Positions 44,334 to 52,218 of a DNA stretch of 64,000 nt are shown here, in pieces (within the stretch, counting starts at the first letter, position 1; every line of letters begins with the position of its first letter). The stretch is from Candidatus Iainarchaeum sp. GTDB lineage: Archaea > Iainarchaeota > Iainarchaeia > Iainarchaeales > 1-14-0-10-31-34. The position numbers and the translations under genes are program-made. The notes under the pieces are model-generated. The model was not told the origin of the DNA. It saw only the letters and a program-made list of their open reading frames with translations, and searched no databases. The stretch lies in NCBI GenBank assembly GCA_017609625.1, contig JAFCDN010000002.1, forward strand, positions 2,785 to 66,784. The letters run 5' to 3'.

Positions 44334-45038
44334 TTAGCCCTCTAAAAGTTTTTCTATTACTGCTCTGAATTCTTTTGCTTCTGAATCCAAATCGTTTTCT
44401 CTTTCATAGCCGTTTCCTATTCTAGAGTATTTACAGCCAAAAATAAAATTCGGAACATAGCCTTTTGGATTGAATTGCTGATAAATTGCTTTCTCTGAAG
44501 CCGGAACAGAAGTTTCAACTTCTGAAGTCAAAGTATTGTCTCCAGTATCCAGTTTCCAATGAAATGCAACAATTTTTTCTTCATCAATTAATTCTTTCAT
44601 TGCAGAATCAAAGGTTTCTAAAATCCAAGTGCAGTGAGGACAGCTAGTAGTTGAAAACAATCTTACAACAGGTTTTCCGTCTTCCAAACAAATTTCACCG
44701 TCTGTTTCAATAAAAGTTCCAAAAGTTCCAATGTCTTTTGGTTCTATTGTTTCTTCTCCATTTTCTCCTGGATCATTTGTCGTGTCAGAACCATCTATTG
44801 TATCAGAACCATCTATTGTATCAGAACCATCTATTGTATCAGAACCATCTATTGTATCAGAACCATCTATTGTATCAGAACCATCTATTGTATCAGAACC
44901 ATCTGTCGTGTCGTCAGTTTGTTCCTGCTGAGCAGAAGTGTTTGTTGTGTTTGTTACTGACTGGTTTATGCATCCGCTGACCAAAACAAACAAAATTAAA
45001 GTTACTATAATTAATTGTTTAATGATTTCGCCCTCCAA
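44334..45038 (-). CDS. Thioredoxin-fold (CPHC) lipoprotein-like protein with a (DGSDTI)x7 linker
   Basis: N-terminal TM then LVSGC lipobox-like; 7 tandem DGSDTI units; ...RLFSTTSCPHCTWILETF... thioredoxin CxxC. Confidence 0.6.
   Translation of the reverse strand: MEGEIIKQLIIVTLILFVLVSGCINQSVTNTTNTSAQQEQTDDTTDGSDTIDGSDTIDGSDTIDGSDTIDGSDTIDGSDTIDGSDTTNDPGENGEETIEPKDIGTFGTFIETDGEICLEDGKPVVRLFSTTSCPHCTWILETFDSAMKELIDEEKIVAFHWKLDTGDNTLTSEVETSVPASEKAIYQQFNPKGYVPNFIFGCKYSRIGNGYERENDLDSEAKEFRAVIEKLLEG
44785..44910. repeat. Seven tandem 18-bp repeats (TCAGAACCATCTATTGTA on the + strand; 6 perfect and 1 variant) inside the thioredoxin-like gene
   Basis: Direct reading of the sequence; encodes (DGSDTI)n on the - strand. 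Confidence 0.9.
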
Positions 45039-45230
45039 AAAAGTACTCTTAAAAAAAATTCAAATGAAATCCTTTAAAAACAAACTATAAAAAACAAGCA
45101 TATAAATTAAAAGGCATAAAAGAGTAAATTACAGGGAATTTTCAGTTTTTTCCCTCTAAGAAGTGGAAGGTTTAAATATAGTTTAAGTCTTAATCTAATA
45201 CTTTTAATTGACTTTTTAGGAGGAAATAAA

Positions 45231-45386
45231 ATGGCAGCAAAAAAACCATTTGGTGGATATGCAATTTGTTTTAAAGGATGCAACGATTCAATGGAGAAAG
45301 TTTTCGGAACAGGAAAAGTTACTCCAAGTGAAATGACAAAAAAGTTGTGGAAATACATTAAATCAAAAAAAATAGCCGGAAAATAA
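45231..45386 (+). CDS. Small hypothetical protein (51 aa) with a weak SWIB-like W.YIK motif
   Basis: MAAKKPFGGYAICFKGCNDSMEKVFGTGKVTPSEMTKKLWKYIKSKKIAGK*; preceded by AGGAGGAAATAAA; preferred over the antisense track ORF 45107-45358. Confidence 0.3.
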   Translation: MAAKKPFGGYAICFKGCNDSMEKVFGTGKVTPSEMTKKLWKYIKSKKIAGK

Positions 45387-45518
45387 ATGGCTTATGAATT
45401 GAAGGAAATTTTCCTTCATTACTTTTTCTTTTTTTATTCACCTATTTTTTCAAATACAAATGTTTAAAAATAATTAGCTTTAGGAATTATTTGTATTTTT
45501 CTCTAAGAGGGGGAAAAA

Positions 45519-45704
45519 ATGAAAGTTCAATGCCCTAAATGCCAAGGAAATTTTGAATTAGATGCAGAACTGCACGAAGAAGGAGATTCAGTTGAATGCT
45601 CTTCCTGCGGAACAGAATTGTTTGTAGTAAAGAAAGGAAAAAAGTTAGGCGTAGCAGAAAGCTTTGAAGAAGAAGATGAAGACTCCCAAGGATGGGAAGG
45701 CTAA
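45519..45704 (+). CDS. LysW/ArgW-like zinc-ribbon protein with an acidic C-terminal tail
   Basis: MKVQCPKCQGNFELDAELHEEGDSVECSSCGTELFVVKKGKKLGVAESFEEEDEDSQGWEG; two CxxC pairs and a terminal ...ED..GWEG resembling the LysW EDWGE tail. Confidence 0.45.
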   Translation: MKVQCPKCQGNFELDAELHEEGDSVECSSCGTELFVVKKGKKLGVAESFEEEDEDSQGWEG

Positions 45705-45991
45705 GCTTTTGATTTCCTTTCTTCTCTGAATTCTTTTGTTTTATGAAACACCATAGCCAAAAGAACCATTAAAACAATAAAGATCGGAATGCCCCAAGGA
45801 AAAGGAACTATATCTGTTTCAGGGTCTAAATAGAAAAAAATGCTTACAGCAATAGCAACAGAAATTAAAAACTCAACAAAAAGCAAAGCAAAAATTCTTG
45901 TGTCTTTTTTTGCTTCAAAAAAACCAAATTTCAGTTCATCCTTTTTTTTTATCAAATGGTTTTTTTCTTTCAGAACTTTTTCTTTAATCAT
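45701..45991 (-). CDS. Hypothetical small membrane protein
   Basis: 96 aa, 2 TM. Confidence 0.3.
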   Translation of the reverse strand: MIKEKVLKEKNHLIKKKDELKFGFFEAKKDTRIFALLFVEFLISVAIAVSIFFYLDPETDIVPFPWGIPIFIVLMVLLAMVFHKTKEFREERKSKA

Positions 45992-46047
45992 ACTTATAAG
46001 AATGCATTAGTTAAATAAAAAGTTTGCTATGGATTAAGAACCATATT

Positions 46048-46413
46048 TCACTTTTTACTAAATCTGCCTATTATTTTCCGTGCAATAGTTTTATTTTCTT
46101 CTGGCTGAGTTTTCAATGCAAAAGATTTTTTCAATTTCTTTTTTTCTAAATAAAGCTGCCAAGATAAAACAAACACCAAAAGAAAAGCTATTAAAACACT
46201 AAAAAAAAGAACAAACCATTGCTGACCAAAATAATCTGATAAGATAAAATAAACTACAATAAAAACACCCAAAGCCAAAAAGATAACAAAAGTTCCTGCA
46301 GAATGAGTCTTAAATTCTGGTTCTTTCATTTCCTCAAAATCTACCTTGAGCACAATTTCAAAAAACCGAGTTAAAAAGCGCTCTGGCAAAGATTCTTCCT
46401 TTTCTTCTTTCAT
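46048..46413 (-). CDS. Hypothetical small membrane protein
   Basis: 121 aa; cytoplasmic N-terminus, then 2 TM. Confidence 0.3.
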   Translation of the reverse strand: MKEEKEESLPERFLTRFFEIVLKVDFEEMKEPEFKTHSAGTFVIFLALGVFIVVYFILSDYFGQQWFVLFFSVLIAFLLVFVLSWQLYLEKKKLKKSFALKTQPEENKTIARKIIGRFSKK

Positions 46414-46491
46414 GCTTTATTTTAGTTTAAACTATTATTTTATGATTTCGGTTAAGGGATTTTTGCAAATAAAGAATTTTCTATTATACAA

Positions 46492-47109
46492 TTATCTAAA
46501 TAATGGTTCAAAAATTAGTTTGTGTAGTTCTGAGGAAAGAACCTTTACAGATAACACAGAACCAATTGTCATTAACAATAAATTTGTTAAAATTCCAGCT
46601 ACTATTAAAGTGGCAATTATTTTCCCTAATTTGAAACCATGTATTTCTTTTAAAAATAAATATGTGATAAACAAAGAATACACGCCAACTGCAAACAAAA
46701 CAAAAATTTGTAAAAGACCCAAGCTCACAGCAAAGTTACTTACCAGACTTACTATAAAGATAAGAGGAGCAAAAGGAATAGACATCAAATAAAATTGTTC
46801 AACAAATTTTGCTTTTCCAGAAAATATTTTTGCTCCACAAAACAAAGTAAGCTGGGAAAAAAGAACATACAAAAAATAAACAAAAATTGACACCACAAAA
46901 TACAAAATAATGCTAACCAGTCCTTCTAAACTAAAACCAGGTTGAATTATGTTGGCAACAAAGATAGAAATAATTCCAGCAAGTATGAAAGCACCTAAAT
47001 AATTCGCTGCCCCTCTTTTAAACGAAGAATTTACTATTTCTTTACTGAAAGTCTCTTTTGGATGCAAAAGAGAATCAAACCAAAAACCAAAAAAATTATT
47101 CAGATCCAT
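46492..47109 (-). CDS. Yip1-domain-like multi-pass membrane protein
   Basis: 205 aa, 5 TM; topology and length fit Yip1/DUF1282; weak call. Confidence 0.4.
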   Translation of the reverse strand: MDLNNFFGFWFDSLLHPKETFSKEIVNSSFKRGAANYLGAFILAGIISIFVANIIQPGFSLEGLVSIILYFVVSIFVYFLYVLFSQLTLFCGAKIFSGKAKFVEQFYLMSIPFAPLIFIVSLVSNFAVSLGLLQIFVLFAVGVYSLFITYLFLKEIHGFKLGKIIATLIVAGILTNLLLMTIGSVLSVKVLSSELHKLIFEPLFR

Positions 47110-47146
47110 ATTTAAATAAAGCTTTCAATATTTAAAAACCTTTGGC

Positions 47147-47719
47147 TCACAAATTCAAAAAAGAATAAAGATAATTAACCAATTCAAAGGCATAAGCCTG
47201 GTTAAAGGAAAAAACAAACAAACAGAGAAGCCAGAGAAACCTTAAAGTAGAAGAACGGTTGAAAATCAGCATAAAACCCAAAACAACAAATAAAGGAACA
47301 AACACAAAAGGAATTGAAATTATAAGCAAAAGCTTGATGAAAAGATTTCTTTTCACTAAATTCACTGAATAAAATCTCTGAAAAGAATCAAAAGTGTTTT
47401 TTGCATCTTCATCTGAAGGAAAAGAATACAAAGCAAGGCTTAAAGCCAGCCACAAAAAAATAAAGCCGATAAAATTTGAAAGGAAAAGCAGTTCAAACGC
47501 ATAAGAGAAAAAATAAAATGCAACCCAATTTCCTAAAATAAAAGGAGCTAAAGTGATAATGATTGATTTTAATGCATTAGGCTGTTCATGAACAACATAA
47601 GCTTCCTGAAAACCTAAAAATTTTACTTTCCTAACTTTTACTCCAAAAAGAACACATGCAATTAAATGACTGAACTCATGGAAAATCATTCCAGGAAAAA
47701 AAATAAGATTTGCTTTCAT
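47147..47719 (-). CDS. Putative membrane-embedded zinc metalloprotease (HExxH)
   Basis: 190 aa, multi-TM; FHEFSHLIACVLFG carries an HExxH motif next to the first TM. Confidence 0.4.
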   Translation of the reverse strand: MKANLIFFPGMIFHEFSHLIACVLFGVKVRKVKFLGFQEAYVVHEQPNALKSIIITLAPFILGNWVAFYFFSYAFELLFLSNFIGFIFLWLALSLALYSFPSDEDAKNTFDSFQRFYSVNLVKRNLFIKLLLIISIPFVFVPLFVVLGFMLIFNRSSTLRFLWLLCLFVFSFNQAYAFELVNYLYSFLNL

Positions 47720-48003
47720 AGAAAAAGAACGTTATAGGAGAATAAAAAAATAACTATTTGAATAAATGAAAGATTGCAAGAGAAAAAAGCAAAACCATTA
47801 CTCCAATCTGCACAAAAGCAATTTCATTAATCCTGTGCCATTCAATTACTCCGGTAGCTGAATAAAAAGCTGTTACCCCTAAAACCAGCATTACTGCACC
47901 AAAAAACCTTGAAGCCATTTAACCACTTTAAAGTAAAAACAACCTATATTCTGTTTAGATGTTTTTATAATTTTTTCCTCTTTTTAAATGATGAGGTGAG
48001 GAG

Positions 48004-49368
48004 ATGGAAGTTCCGAATTTCAAGATTAAAAGCGTTGAAGGAATCAAATTAATTCCAAGAGAAGAAAGAATTAAATCAATAGAAAAAGCAGGATTAAATG
48101 TTTTTCTGTTAAAGTCTGATGAAATATTTATTGATTTGCTGACAGATTCAGGAACAAATGCAATGAGCCAAGAGCAGTGGTCTGCAATAATGAAAGCAGA
48201 TGAAAGCTATGCAGGCGCAAGAAGCTTTGATAATTTCAAGAACTCAATAAGCAAAGTTACTGGGTTTGAGTTTATTCTGCCAGTGCATCAGGGCAGGGCA
48301 GCAGAACATATATTAGACCAGGTTTTGATTGAAGAAGGACAGAGTGTTCTAGGCAATATTCATTTTGATACAACAGAAGCGCATATCCAGCATAGAAAAG
48401 GAATTCCAGTTAACTGTGTAATAGAAGAAGCATTTGACTGTGAAAAAGAACTGGATTTTAAAGGAAACATTTGTTTAAAAAAATTAGAGAAACTGCTGGA
48501 AAAAAATAAAGAAAATACAGCTTATGTTTTGCATACTGTTACATGCAATTCAGGAGGAGGCCAGCCGGTTTCAATGCAGAATATAAGAGAAGCAAGTGAA
48601 CTCTGCAAAAAATTTGGAGTGCTGTTTTTTTTGGATGCAGCAAGGTTTGCAGAAAACGCTTTTTTCATTAAACAAAGAGAAAAAGGTTTTCAGAATAAAA
48701 GCATTGCAGAAATTGTTTTAGAAATGTTTTCTTTTGCAGACGGCTGTACTATGAGCGCAAAAAAAGATGCAATAGTAAACATGGGCGGGTTTATTGCCTT
48801 CAGAAAAAAAGAGTTGTATGAAAAGTGCGTTCCATTTGGAATATTATTTGAAGGCTTTCCAACTTACGGAGGAATGAGCGGAAGAGATTTAGAAGCAGTT
48901 GCAGTTGGAATCAAAGAAGGAATCCAAGAAGATTATTTAAGTTACAGAATTGGGCAGGTAAAATATTTAGGAGAAAAATTGAGTGAAGCAGGAATTCCTG
49001 TGATGAAGCCGATCGGAGGCCATGCAGTTTTTGTTGACGGAAAAAAGTTTTTAGAGCATCTTCCTCAAGAACAGTTTCCTGCTCATACTCTTGCAGCAGA
49101 ACTTTATATTGAATCTGGAATTAGAGCTGTAGAAATCGGAACGCTTTTGGCTGGAAGAGATCCAGAAACCAAAGAAAATAAAATGCCTGCGCTGGATTTA
49201 ATGAGGCTGACTATTCCTCGCAGAGTTTATTTGCAAGAGCACATGGATTATATTGTTGAAGCAATGAAAAAACTCAAAGAAAGAAAAGAAAAAATCAAAG
49301 GACTGAAATTTACTTTTGAAAGTCCAGTGTTAAGGCATTTCTGGTCTAAATTTGAAAGAGTAAAATAA
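48004..49368 (+). CDS. tnaA: Tryptophanase / tyrosine phenol-lyase (beta-eliminating lyase family, PLP-dependent)
   Basis: 454 aa; ...TCNSGGGQPVSMQNIREASELCKKFGVLFFLDAARFAENAFFIKQRE...; PLP-Lys motif SAKKDAIVNMGG. Confidence 0.8.
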   Translation: MEVPNFKIKSVEGIKLIPREERIKSIEKAGLNVFLLKSDEIFIDLLTDSGTNAMSQEQWSAIMKADESYAGARSFDNFKNSISKVTGFEFILPVHQGRAAEHILDQVLIEEGQSVLGNIHFDTTEAHIQHRKGIPVNCVIEEAFDCEKELDFKGNICLKKLEKLLEKNKENTAYVLHTVTCNSGGGQPVSMQNIREASELCKKFGVLFFLDAARFAENAFFIKQREKGFQNKSIAEIVLEMFSFADGCTMSAKKDAIVNMGGFIAFRKKELYEKCVPFGILFEGFPTYGGMSGRDLEAVAVGIKEGIQEDYLSYRIGQVKYLGEKLSEAGIPVMKPIGGHAVFVDGKKFLEHLPQEQFPAHTLAAELYIESGIRAVEIGTLLAGRDPETKENKMPALDLMRLTIPRRVYLQEHMDYIVEAMKKLKERKEKIKGLKFTFESPVLRHFWSKFERVK

Positions 49369-49448
49369 CTTTTTAAACCTGCGAAAAGCTTTTTATTAAG
49401 AATTGTACCCAAAAAGAAATGTAGTTTTTGCTACTAAGGAGGGGGAAT

Positions 49449-50765
49449 ATGAAAAAATTAATGATTTTAGTTTTATTGATTTTATTTTTTGGAGCAGTTA
49501 ATGCAAAAGAGCTTAAAGCTCTTGATTCAGATGTAATGGAAATTAATACTATTTTAGGAATTAATAATGAAACTGCAGCAGACTGCGGAGGAGCAGTTCA
49601 ATGCAACTGCGAAGACCGTTTAGTGGAAGACCAAGTTTTATGGTATGACTTGACTGGCTGCAGTTATGGAATAAGAATCAACGACAGCAATATTACATTA
49701 GACTGTAATGGCCATACAATAGAAGGAGACTATACAGGCGGAGAAGGTTATGGAATATTTTTTGCCGGCAAACAAGGAGTCACAGTTAAAAACTGCATTA
49801 TAAAAGGATTTTTTACAGGAGTATACAGTTACTCCAACAACTATTCTGAATTTTCAGACAACAGCGTAAGTGACAACCAGAATTTAGGAATCTGGTTAAA
49901 CCATTCAAACAACAACAATTTATTCAATAACACAACACACAACAATGAAGAAATAGGATTTTTTCTGGATGATTCAAACAACAACACAATATCAGAAAAC
50001 ACAAGTTATGATGAAATAGAAACTGGAATATCATTAGAAGACTCTTTTGGAAACGAATTAACAGGAAACAATATCAACAACATTGGCGGAATATTTTATC
50101 AATACGGCGTAGCAATTTTATTGAAGGGAAGCAACAACAACATCATTTCAGACAACAACTTATCAAACAACGGTTATTCAGGGCTTAGTTTGTTTGAAAG
50201 TAGCAACAACCAAGTAAACAACAACGAAATCTTTGGAAACGATCTTTATGGAATAGAACTTGCTTATGCTAACACCAAATACAACACTTTATGGAACAAT
50301 AATTTTTCAGACAATGCAACAAGCGCACCTGATGGAGGAAGTGCATATGAACACAATCTTGACTCAAACAGCAATGACTGGAATTTCGGAGAACAAGGAA
50401 ATTTTTGGGATGACTTTGAATCAAATCCAGGCTATCCAGACTATTATAAAATCTCAGGAAACGGATATGGAATAGACTGGCATCCAAACAAAGAAGTATT
50501 TGAATGCGGAATGTGGGGGGATGTAACAGGAGACGGGCAAGTAAATCCAGTTGACGTAGTGTATATGGTCAACTATGTATACAAACAATTAGATGCAAGA
50601 GTACAGCCTCCAAACTGTCCATTCCAAGCAGGAGATGTTGACTGCAATGACAATGTAAATCCAGTTGATGTAGTTTACATGGTAAACTTTGTATACAAAC
50701 AGCTTTATGGATTCTCTGACCCATGTGAAGGACTGCCAAACTGCAATGTAGAATTTCCAGTATAA
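49449..50765 (+). CDS. Secreted right-handed beta-helix protein with a C-terminal type-I dockerin (two Ca-binding repeats)
   Basis: Signal peptide MKKLMILVLLILFFGAVNA; repeated N-rich beta-helix turns (NCIIKGFFTGV...SDNSVSDNQNLGIWLNHSNNN...); dockerin repeats GDVTGDGQVNPVDVVYMVNYVYKQL and GDVDCNDNVNPVDVVYMVNFVYKQL. Confidence 0.65.
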   Translation: MKKLMILVLLILFFGAVNAKELKALDSDVMEINTILGINNETAADCGGAVQCNCEDRLVEDQVLWYDLTGCSYGIRINDSNITLDCNGHTIEGDYTGGEGYGIFFAGKQGVTVKNCIIKGFFTGVYSYSNNYSEFSDNSVSDNQNLGIWLNHSNNNNLFNNTTHNNEEIGFFLDDSNNNTISENTSYDEIETGISLEDSFGNELTGNNINNIGGIFYQYGVAILLKGSNNNIISDNNLSNNGYSGLSLFESSNNQVNNNEIFGNDLYGIELAYANTKYNTLWNNNFSDNATSAPDGGSAYEHNLDSNSNDWNFGEQGNFWDDFESNPGYPDYYKISGNGYGIDWHPNKEVFECGMWGDVTGDGQVNPVDVVYMVNYVYKQLDARVQPPNCPFQAGDVDCNDNVNPVDVVYMVNFVYKQLYGFSDPCEGLPNCNVEFPV

Positions 50766-50828
50766 AAAATAAAACAGATTTTAAAGTGCTGGGCAGCCAG
50801 CACAATTTTTTTTTATTCTTTTAAAATT

Positions 50829-51341
50829 TTATTCCCTTAAAAGTTCATCCATTTCTTTATCTAATTCTTTTGCAGTTTCTTCCATTTTCTTAAACACTAA
50901 ATCAATTTCATCTTGAAGCTCTTTAACAGTCCTAAGCATAGACTTGCTTCTTGCTCTGAATTTGCTTCCTTCTTTTAAGATTAAGCCAGATCTGTGAAGA
51001 TTATTTAAATGATTTGTAACTGCTCCTCTGCTCATATTGACTCTTTTAGCTATTTCACTGGAAGAAAGAGCATTCCCTGTTCCCCCGCCCTGCTGCAGCT
51101 GCCCAGTAGCTTTAACCAGTTCTTTAAACACAGAAGCAGCTGTTTTTCCTTTATCAATAGGCTCAAAAAAGCCCAAACACTGCAATAACCAATTAAATTC
51201 TTCATCTGCATGAGCCGAAAAAGGCTGTTCAACTCTTCTTATTACTACCTGAAAGCCATGCCTATCTGGAACAGGTTTTCTTCTGGTTAATTGAAGCCTA
51301 TGACAAAAAGTAAGTAGTTTTTTTTCATTTTCTTCCTGCAT
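50829..51341 (-). CDS. Winged-HTH transcriptional regulator divergently transcribed from grpE-dnaK-dnaJ (candidate heat-shock regulator); Arg-rich
   Basis: 170 aa; ...SSSEIAKRVNMSRGAVTNHLNNLHRSGLILKE... HTH. Confidence 0.5.
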   Translation of the reverse strand: MQEENEKKLLTFCHRLQLTRRKPVPDRHGFQVVIRRVEQPFSAHADEEFNWLLQCLGFFEPIDKGKTAASVFKELVKATGQLQQGGGTGNALSSSEIAKRVNMSRGAVTNHLNNLHRSGLILKEGSKFRARSKSMLRTVKELQDEIDLVFKKMEETAKELDKEMDELLRE

Positions 51342-51415
51342 AAAACTACTTTAGTACAAAAGGTTTAAAAAGATTTTGATTAAAGAGTTTAGTCATTGAT
51401 GAATCTTTTTGAGCA

Positions 51416-52021
51416 GTGATTAATTTGGTTGAGCATAAACAAGAAAAAGAAGCAGAAAAGCATAAAGACAAGAAAAAACAAAAAAAAGACCCTAAAGATG
51501 TAAAAATTGAAGAACTGACTGAATTAGTTAAAAGAGTTCAGGCAGAATTTGAGAATTTCAAGAAAAGAGAAGAAAAAGACAGGAAACAATTTGTAGAGTA
51601 CAGCAATGCAGAATTGATTTCCAATTTGCTTCCTGTTTTAGATTCAGTCCAAGCAGCCGAAAATACAGAAGAAGCAAAAAAATTAATTCAACCAATAAAA
51701 ACACAATTAACACAAGTATTAGAAAAATATGGATTAAAAGAAATAGAAGCTCTAGGAAAAAAATTCAATCCAGAATTGCATGACTGTTTAATGCAAGAAA
51801 ATGATTCAGAAAAAGAAAATAATATTGTATTAGAAGAACTGCAAAAAGGATATACTTTGAAAGACAAAGTTTTAAGGCATGCAAGAGTGAAAATCAACAG
51901 AAAAAAAACAGAAGAAAAACAACCTTTTTTAGAAAAAAAGGTTGCAACTCAAACCAAAGGTTTGAGTGCACAACAAAATCAAGATTTTGTTAGTGAACAA
52001 AAAAAAGGAGAAGAAAAATAA
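51416..52021 (+). CDS. grpE: Nucleotide exchange factor GrpE with a palindromic-repeat-encoded C-terminal tail
   Basis: ...LLPVLDSVQAA...GKKFNPELHDCLMQE...; the tail KKTEEKQPFLEKKVATQTKGLSAQQNQDFVSEQKK is encoded by repeat copy B. Confidence 0.8.
   Translation: MINLVEHKQEKEAEKHKDKKKQKKDPKDVKIEELTELVKRVQAEFENFKKREEKDRKQFVEYSNAELISNLLPVLDSVQAAENTEEAKKLIQPIKTQLTQVLEKYGLKEIEALGKKFNPELHDCLMQENDSEKENNIVLEELQKGYTLKDKVLRHARVKINRKKTEEKQPFLEKKVATQTKGLSAQQNQDFVSEQKKGEEK
51911..52005. repeat. ~95-nt composite three-hairpin repeat element, copy B, in frame at the grpE 3' end
   Basis: Differs from 14791-14885 by 1 nt (AAAGG vs AAAAG). Confidence 0.8.
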
Positions 52022-52218
52022 TAGTAAAAAATTAAATTCAAAATTTTTAGGAGATAAATTTTATGAATATAGAAGTTCAAGAAGAATTTGAGGAAGAAGA
52101 AATTCCAGAGATTCCAGAAGATGCAAAACCAGAACCTTTTTCAGAAAAAGGTTCAGAAAAAAACCAGAAAAAATTAAGGTTTGAGATTTATGCAAATTAA
52201 AAAAAAAGGTGATAAAAA

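Noticed and set aside
44785-44910. Possible CRISPR array suggested by seven regular repeats
   Set aside because: The repeats are contiguous 18-mers with no spacers, lie inside a long ORF and translate to (DGSDTI)n. This is a coding tandem repeat, not a CRISPR array.
45107-45358. 83-aa minus-strand ORF from the track
   Set aside because: It lies antisense to a better-supported small + strand ORF with an AGGAGG ribosome-binding site. Its sequence is low-complexity and hydrophobic, typical of AT-rich antisense frames.
51342-51415. CIRCE (TTAGCACTC-N9-GAGTGCTAA) heat-shock operator upstream of grpE
   Set aside because: Only an imperfect TCATTGATGA half-palindrome is present, with no CIRCE-like inverted repeat.
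52061-52200. Small ORF MNIEVQEEFEEEEIPEIPEDAKPEPFSEKGSEKNQKKLRFEIYAN in the grpE-dnaK spacer
   Set aside because: The sequence is dominated by a palindromic repeat unit (GAACCTTTTTCAGAAAAAGGTTC). It more likely contains the dnaK 5' UTR or a repeat insertion than a gene.
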